NCBI RefSeq assembly: GCF_964213995.1
Contig: NC_135808.1
Coordinates: 34,472,001-34,536,000, forward strand
Direction of reading: 5' to 3'
DNA length: 64,000 nt
From: Mustelus asterias
Lineage: Eukaryota
How positions within the stretch are numbered: the first letter of the stretch is position 1; every line of letters begins with the position of its first letter. Under the pieces are notes generated by a model. That model was not told the origin of the DNA, made no database searches, and was given only the letters and a program-made list of their open reading frames with translations. The position numbers were made by a program, and so were the translations under genes. Shown one piece after another: positions 57,251 through 64,000 of the stretch.

Positions 57251-58270
57251 AAAAAGAAGCCTGAAGGTAATTTACAATTAGACTCAGGCAGAAGTGAAAC
57301 AGTTTGGAGGAATTAGGAGATTGGGGTGGGGGCAGGGTGGTGGAATCGGAAATCTGGGCAGATTCAGGAGGACTGGCTGGGAGAAACAATGGAGGGTGTC
57401 GGGAGATTGTGGGGGGAGGGGTATTGGGTGGGGGAGGGGTTATGCAGTGGGAGAAGGGGTATAGGGTGGGGGTGGGATGGGGGAGAGGCGTGTCCAGAGT
57501 TGTAACATCAGTGGAGTGGTGGGAAAGGGGACACAGAGGTCAGGACTGCAGGGAACCGGGAGGCCGGGTTTTAGGGGAGTCGGGAGGGTGAGTGGAAAAT
57601 TGACAAGTAGGTGGGAATGGGAGACTGGGAAATGCTGCACGGATTGGACACAGCAGCTTCCATGGAGATGGGAGCAATAAAAACAACAAATAAATGGTGA
57701 GTGGAAATGGGACAGAAAGAAGCAGCCATTAAGAGAGAGAGAGAGAGGAAAGGGAAGAATAGGTGAGTCAGAGAGGAGAAGAGTGCAAAGGGGAGGAAGG
57801 AGAGACAGAGAGAGAAGCAGAGTAAACAGGAGAGAGGGAGAGACAGAGGAGCAGAAAGTAAAGGGGGAGAGGGAGGGACAGTGGGAGAAGAGTATAGAGT
57901 TAAGTGGAGACCGGGAGAGACACAAAGGCCTAGATTTTCAGAGTCATGGAGAATCAGTGAATTATCCTAAGTGGCAGAAGGAGTCCAGATCAGGAGATGT
58001 TAATACGGGATGTGTACAATCTACACAATGAAAATATCGCTGCCCTCAGTGTGTCAGGAACAAATCTGTGGAGTTGTAATGAAAATTTGAGATTCTTGAA
58101 AACCTGGAGTCTTTGCTTGGCCTGAAGATGTCAGAATCACCATGGAAATCCTTGACCCATCATTTCTGTGTAAAGGTCAAACGGGGGTCTTCAGTTTGTC
58201 ACATCTGTCCCAATATTGGCCGCTACAGTAAGCTGCAAACATTACTCTTTGCAGAATTTGACTCAAACGC

Positions 58271-60543
58271 TGGGCACGATTTTCCTGCTACGCTACTCTG
58301 GTCGAATAGCTTAGTAGGGTTGGAAATGTAAGCGGAAAACGAGGGGTGGGATTCTCCCAAGGAAATTCTAAGTTCGAATTTGCATAAAACTGGAGTAAAT
58401 CACACTGGTTATTTCAGCGGGATTTTCAAAATGAATCTCCCACACTACACTACAGAGTGCACTAGCGTGAGTGCACTAACGTGAATCATACTAAAAATCC
58501 AGAGCGGGCCGATTCCCACTGGAGAGACCGGCAGCACAGCGCTGAAAGGGCTACTGCACTGATCTGTCGGTGCCAAGATTGGCGCAAGCACAGTAGCCCC
58601 CACTGTCGGCCTCCCAATCGCTGTCCAGCCCTGCGACCCAGCATCGTTGGCCATGTGACGCCCCACCACCCAATCACTGGCCTCCCAGATGTGGCTGGCC
58701 CAGCCTCATCCCACTCCCACTCCCGGCCCACTTCGATTTACCCCCACCCCCTACACCGGCAGCTGATCTCCCAACCCCATGCTGCCCTTGGCAGCCCCGA
58801 CTCCCCTCCCCACCTGCAGTCCCAACACCACCCCCGTAGCCCCGGGCCCCCCGGCGTGCAGACCCCACCTCCCATCCCGATGTCCAGCCCCAATCACTGG
58901 CCTCCCTCCCTCTGTCACTGATCCCATTGCAGAGTGGCAGCGGGATCCCCAACACCTATGAGGCCCTGTCCCTATGGACCCCCCCCTTTCTGGCTTCACC
59001 CCCTTGGCACTGCCCAAAGCCAGGTGGGCAGTGCCAATGTGCCCCCTGGGCATTGCCACTTTGCCACCAAGGAGCCAGGCTGGCACTGCCAAACTGGCAA
59101 TGCCCAGGGGTCACCCCCATTACCCCTGACCTCCTGGGGGGCCTCCATGGTCCCTCTTCTCTCCAGCGGACTTCCACATTGACTTTATAAATACCTGATA
59201 TAGCATCTTTCACGTCCTTGGATATATAATACTATGCCTTGAAGAAATATATTTTTATCATGTTTGTATTTTTATCATGTTTCTTGTAAGGGGTATGTTT
59301 AAAATTCAGCTCTTTCATACGATGCCGATTTGTCTGCACCTGGCAGCTCACATGCTGAGAATGCAGGCTAATGATTGATTTTAGCTCGGGATGTGTTTGT
59401 TTTAATCTAAGTTAATGCATTTTTGTTTATTTTGGTTTTTCTCCTTGGGTTTCTGAGTTGGGTTTTGATTAGATTGATTGACAGCGGGGTCAGGCCACCA
59501 GCTCCCAGCAAGTGGGGAGCTGTTGTAAACCCTGCTGGAGTGAAACACTCCTGGCAGCGAGTGGGAGGCGGGGGGGGGGGGGTGAGGCTAGTGGGCCCAG
59601 AGACTTCAGTCCCAGGTCCGCTAATCACATTTAAATTGTATTGAAATCAGCATTATCATAAATTATTCAGCTCCACGCTGGTTTCTGGTGTAGTGCTGAT
59701 GAGACGGGAAATCTGGTGGGCGGAGACGCAGGGAGGCCGTGGCACCCAGCGTGAGGCCCACTACACAACCTCCACTTGAGACTCCCAGTCCATGGACTGG
59801 GAGAATCGCCCCTTAAAATTCGAATTCTCGTCTGATGGTCAGCAGGCTGCAAAGCTCCCGGGCCTTTTTATTTTGCCAGGAACAGTGCAAGGCTGATTTA
59901 AATATGCATTTCCTCAATTAAATCCTTTTAGCAAGCTCCAGACGCTATTGTCCGGACACACTTGGCTCTCCAACCTCGCCAGTGGAGTTCATACCAGTGG
60001 GGATCACAGAGACCCAGCAACAGAGACCAGACATGATGGCCCTGTTGGTGAGACCGGAGCCATTGACACCACCTGGGAAGTCAGGGACATGGGCTGGGGG
60101 AGGGGCGAGGGCAGTGCCACTTGGGCACAGCCAGCCTGGGACCCCGGCAGTGCTATCCTGGCAGTGCCCAATGTAGTACCCTGGCACTGCCCGCCTGGCA
60201 GTGTCCAAGGGGTGAGTCCTGAGGGGGCGGGACCTCACGGGGGCACGGGGGTTGGGATCAGCCATTATAGGTCGATGCCGACAAGCAGAGATCAGGGCCA
60301 GCCATTGGGAGGCCGGTGGTCAGGGGGATCGGAGAGTGGATGTGGCCCCCTGAGCACTCTGCTGCTGGCCTCTCCACTGGGTTTAAGCTCTGCCACCCCC
60401 ACTACTGGCGTGAATCACCTGGTGGCCTGTGTATTGCACAGAGTGCCGTAAATTCATGAAACTTAGCTCACCCAAAAAACAGGCACGTAAACCTCCCGTG
60501 TTCCCTCACGTTAGACACTTTGATTTTTTGGCGGAAAATCGCC
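58271..60543. mobile_element. Cluster of non-autonomous Harbinger-like elements
   Basis: Ends gggcacgattttcc (58271), gggtgggattctccc (~58344), gagaatcgccc (~59811) and gaaaatcgccc (~60543); GC-rich bodies like 14488-15488. Confidence 0.65.
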
Positions 60544-60599
60544 CTCCCCCATGTAAGATTTCCCTGTGTAAGTACATCACTCAACAGATCAAAACAACC

Positions 60600-61800
60600 A
60601 GATTCTAAACCTTCACTGAAGTGTTGTGGAGTCGTCACTCCCACAAAGATGTTTGTGTATAGACTCGATCTGCCATGGGCATATCTAGATCTACAGCTGC
60701 CTCTCTCGTCACACACATGCCCATGTGTTGCAAGGCACTGGTGCTTTAAATCAGCTTAACAACATTCCCAATGTCAAACATTACCTCAGGCTCCCACCAT
60801 TGCTCAAGATGGTTTATTCATTGTGTTCAGGATGAGGGAATGCACTATCATTCCATGTACTGTTCTGGAAAGCCTTATAGTGACTCTCTACCTATGTCTA
60901 GTTCACCATCATGTCAGCTACTCCAATTGGTCACACACAATATTTCTGTGTGGCCGATATGGCTGCCTCCATTGATTGGATTACAGATAGCTGTCATATT
61001 CACACTGGTCTCCAGACCATGCCACACACTATTGTACCTCAGTCTCTGACATTCCAGAGGTGCTTGACATCTTATCTGCCGCTGAAGCAATGGCCCATTT
61101 TGGTTGTATGAGAATGTGTCACTTACAACATTGTCAATGAACAACACAACCTGGGAGGGATGCTCTCCTCCAGCTGTGCACTGGGTTTCATCCATCGGGT
61201 GGTCTGAGGAGACACAGTGCTTCAGGAACACCACATTGCGATTGAGTTTGGGAGACCAGACAACCCCAATGAGAACCCAATAGCAGAGACGGCAGTATGG
61301 GAACTGGAAGACGAGCCTCTATGTCAAGAATGGAGGTCCTATCACATCTTTGGCTCTGTCTACCTCGACTGCTCGGCTCAAACCCTTCCTCTATTCCCAA
61401 GGCCTTTCTGCGAGAGACTTATGGAGAGAATGAATCAAGTTCATCAATCCACAGATTTTCCTGTCCAGTGACAGGGTTATTAGGATTCAGCATTAGCTCC
61501 CACTGATCAGAAATCTAAGGCCCATTCTAGGAGTGCACCCAGCACTCATCTCGGTTAACGTTAGTGATTTGGTCTACCTTCATGCTGACGACAACACGTC
61601 ACAGGCTCACCAATGCTATTTGGTTATCTCTGCCGATGATGGCTGGGTCAATATGCCCAAGTTTATTAGTTCCCAGCCACATAGCACAACTTATCAAGAC
61701 AAGAGATCTGAATGCTCCCTCCTTCCTGCTCTGTGATCGGCTCCATGTCTGACTATACCAGCCACAGTGAAAGCTCCCATCCATCAGGCCTGTCCTACGA
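60600..61800 (+). mobile_element. Decayed LTR-retrotransposon integrase region
   Basis: HHIAIEFGRPDNPNENPIAETAVWELEDE resembles the integrase-core segment carrying the catalytic Glu; many stops. Confidence 0.45.
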
Positions 61801-62098
61801 ATGTCTAACATACTGACTGAGCTTCTACACTTTCCACAGCTCCAGTGCTGTCAACTACAGGGTCAACTATGTAAGCTTCACAGCCTACAGTAGATCCCTG
61901 GATCGTGCCCAGTCAACTGACTTTGGGACAGCATCTCAATACAGAGATGCTGATACCTGGTCTGGTTTTTATCACTTATCCAGTTTTCTGGTCCCCAACA
62001 CAGGCCTTGATCTAATGCAGCCATCTGATTCAATCTTGCAGCCCCTGATCCTATATCACTGGACTTTCACACCTAGCAAACCATCTACCATCTCCCAA

Positions 62099-64000
62099 GG
62101 GTGGTGTAGTTGTATTGTCGCTGGACTAGACCCAGGGTAATGCTCTGGGGACCTGGGTTCAAATCGCACCACAGCAGATAATAAATTCAATTCAATAAAA
62201 AAATCTGGAATTAAAAGTGTAATGGTGACCATAAACCATTGCCAAAGTCACTTATGCCCTAAAACCTACCATTTGGTGACTAGGTAAGGACAGTATTGTG
62301 ATTGAGTCTTAAATGGCCGAGCAAGACATTCAGTTGTATCCAACCACAGAAAGTCGACCAAATGGAATGAAACTGGACCTGAGCACCAGAAATGACAATG
62401 GCAACAAACATCTGTGGGCTTGTGCCAAAGCTGGGAGAGCTGTCTCACAGACTAGTCACACACACAGAATCATAGACAATGTGCCAGACATCACGGTATG
62501 TTCACCAGCAGCACTCACCCAATAGAGCTGGCAGCGCGGGGTATACAGTCAGGAGGAAGTTGTCAAGTTTAACCATATCCCATGAGATCAGAGTGAATGG
62601 ACCCCATGAGGTGCCATGGCATAAGAGGAAGAAAAGCGCATGCTGTTTGCCACATATATCACCCCCACCTCCAGCTGATGAATCAGTACTCCTCCATGGC
62701 AACAAGGGTGCAGAATGTGGCTTGGTAGCACCATTATAATCCTAAAGACTAGATCTTCAGCAGGTGGTGAGGGAAACAACAAGAGGGAAAAACATACCTG
62801 ACCTCATCCTCATCAACCAGCCTGCCACAGATGCATCTGTCCCTGACAGTATCGGTAAGAGTGACCACCGCACAGTCCTTGTGGAGACAAAGTCACATCT
62901 TCATTTTGAGGATATCCTCTATCGTGTTGTGTGACACTATTGCCATTCTAAATGGGACAGACTTCAAACAGATCGAGCAACTCGAGACAGGGTAACTGCA
63001 GCATCCAGCCACGAATGGTGGTGGACAATTAAACAACTCACTGGTGAAGGAGAAAGCTCCACAAAGGAGCCCAGAACATCAGTGCAAAAGATAAGGCTGA
63101 AGCATTCGCAACAATCTTCAGCCAGAACTGCCAAGTGGATGATGCATCTTGGCCTCTTCCTGTGGTCCCCAACATCACAGATGTGAGTCTCCAGTCAATT
63201 TGATTCACATTATGTGATATCAAGAAATGGCTGAAGGTACTGGATACTGCAAAGGTTATGGACCATATTCTGGCAAAAGATTTGTGCTCCAGAACTTGCC
63301 ACACCCTAGCTAAAGTGTTCCAGTACAGTTACAATACTGTCATCTACCCAACAATGTGGAAAATTGCCCAGGTATGTCCTCTGCACAAAAAGCAGGACAA
63401 ATCCAACCCAACCAATTACCATGCTATCAGTCTACTCTCGATCATCAGTAAAGTGATGGAAGTGGTCATCGACAGTGCTATCAAGCAGCACCTGCTCAGC
63501 AATAAAGTCACCAAAATCCCAGATGACCATAGGCTGTGACTGGTGGTAGTTTAATCTGAGGATCACCACACATTAGGCGAGGGGCAAGGTTGCAAAGGCG
63601 GGGCCTTCTTGAATAACCTCAGCCGTTACAGGAGTTGAACCCACTCTGTTGGTATCGCTTTGCATCACAAACCAGCTTCCAGCCAACTGAACTAAAGTGA
63701 CCCCCTTAGCTCAGCAATAAGCTGCTCAATGATGCTCAGTTTGGGTTCCTCCAGGGTCACTCAACTCTTGACCTCATTACAGCCTTGGTTCAAACATGGA
63801 CAAAAGAGCTGAATTCAGAGGTGAGGTGAGAGTGACTGCCCATGACGTCAAGGCTGCATTTGACTGAGTGTGGCATCAAACTGGAGTCAATGGGAATCAG
63901 GGGGAAAACCCTCTGCTGATTGTAGTTATTGGCACAAAGGAAGATGGTTGTGGTAGTTGGAAGTCAATCATCTCAGTCCCAGGATCTCTCCGCAGGAGTC
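62099..64000 (+). mobile_element. Decayed CR1/L2-group LINE with tRNA-like 5' head and no evident ORF1; runs off the window
   Basis: Head ggtggtgtagttgtattgtcgctggactag…gggttcaaatc; APE start NICGLVPKLGEL near 62408; SIGKSDH near 62849; RT-proximal WKIAQVCPLHKK…NYHAISLLS. Confidence 0.8.
63506..63708 (-). mobile_element. tRNA-derived SINE (another family)
   Basis: Minus strand ttagttcagttggctgg…gggttcaactcc; 12-bp TSD GCTCAGCAATAA (63494-63505, 63709-63720). Confidence 0.8.

Overview
Eukaryotic, repeat-dense vertebrate DNA, almost certainly a shark or other elasmobranch, judged from HE1-type V-SINEs, CR1 LINEs with (TTCTATG)n or (TTCTTTG)n tails and a shark-type Penelope family. Most of the window is nested transposable elements. 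These include an apparently intact full-length CR1 (18973-23080), a second near-full-length but frameshifted CR1, many 5'-truncated CR1 pieces, a Rex1/Babar fragment, Penelope-like elements with GIY-YIG and minimal hammerhead motifs, a complete but decayed Gypsy (Mag-like) provirus with LTRs, PBS, PPT and TSD (45076-50445), Tx1/L1-clade pieces, Harbinger relics, SINEs and minisatellites. The only convincing host gene signal is too short for the ORF track: a leader-peptide exon (54960-55026, MEVGTHFTVLLLVLIHGAWAVK, phase-1 donor) behind a textbook MHC class II X-Y promoter, most likely an MHC class II alpha gene whose later exons lie beyond the window. Two further correctly spaced X-Y modules (1624-1667 +, 17859-17902 -) and four perfect NF-kB sites suggest a distal MHC-II enhancer architecture. 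The most unusual TE signal is that both LTRs of the Gypsy provirus were hit independently at the same nucleotide, each with a 16-bp TSD, by different inserts ending in the Tx1 tail AAAGAGA. One of them is a SINE-head/Tx1-tail chimera. All coordinates were read by eye, and family names come from motif recognition, not database searches.
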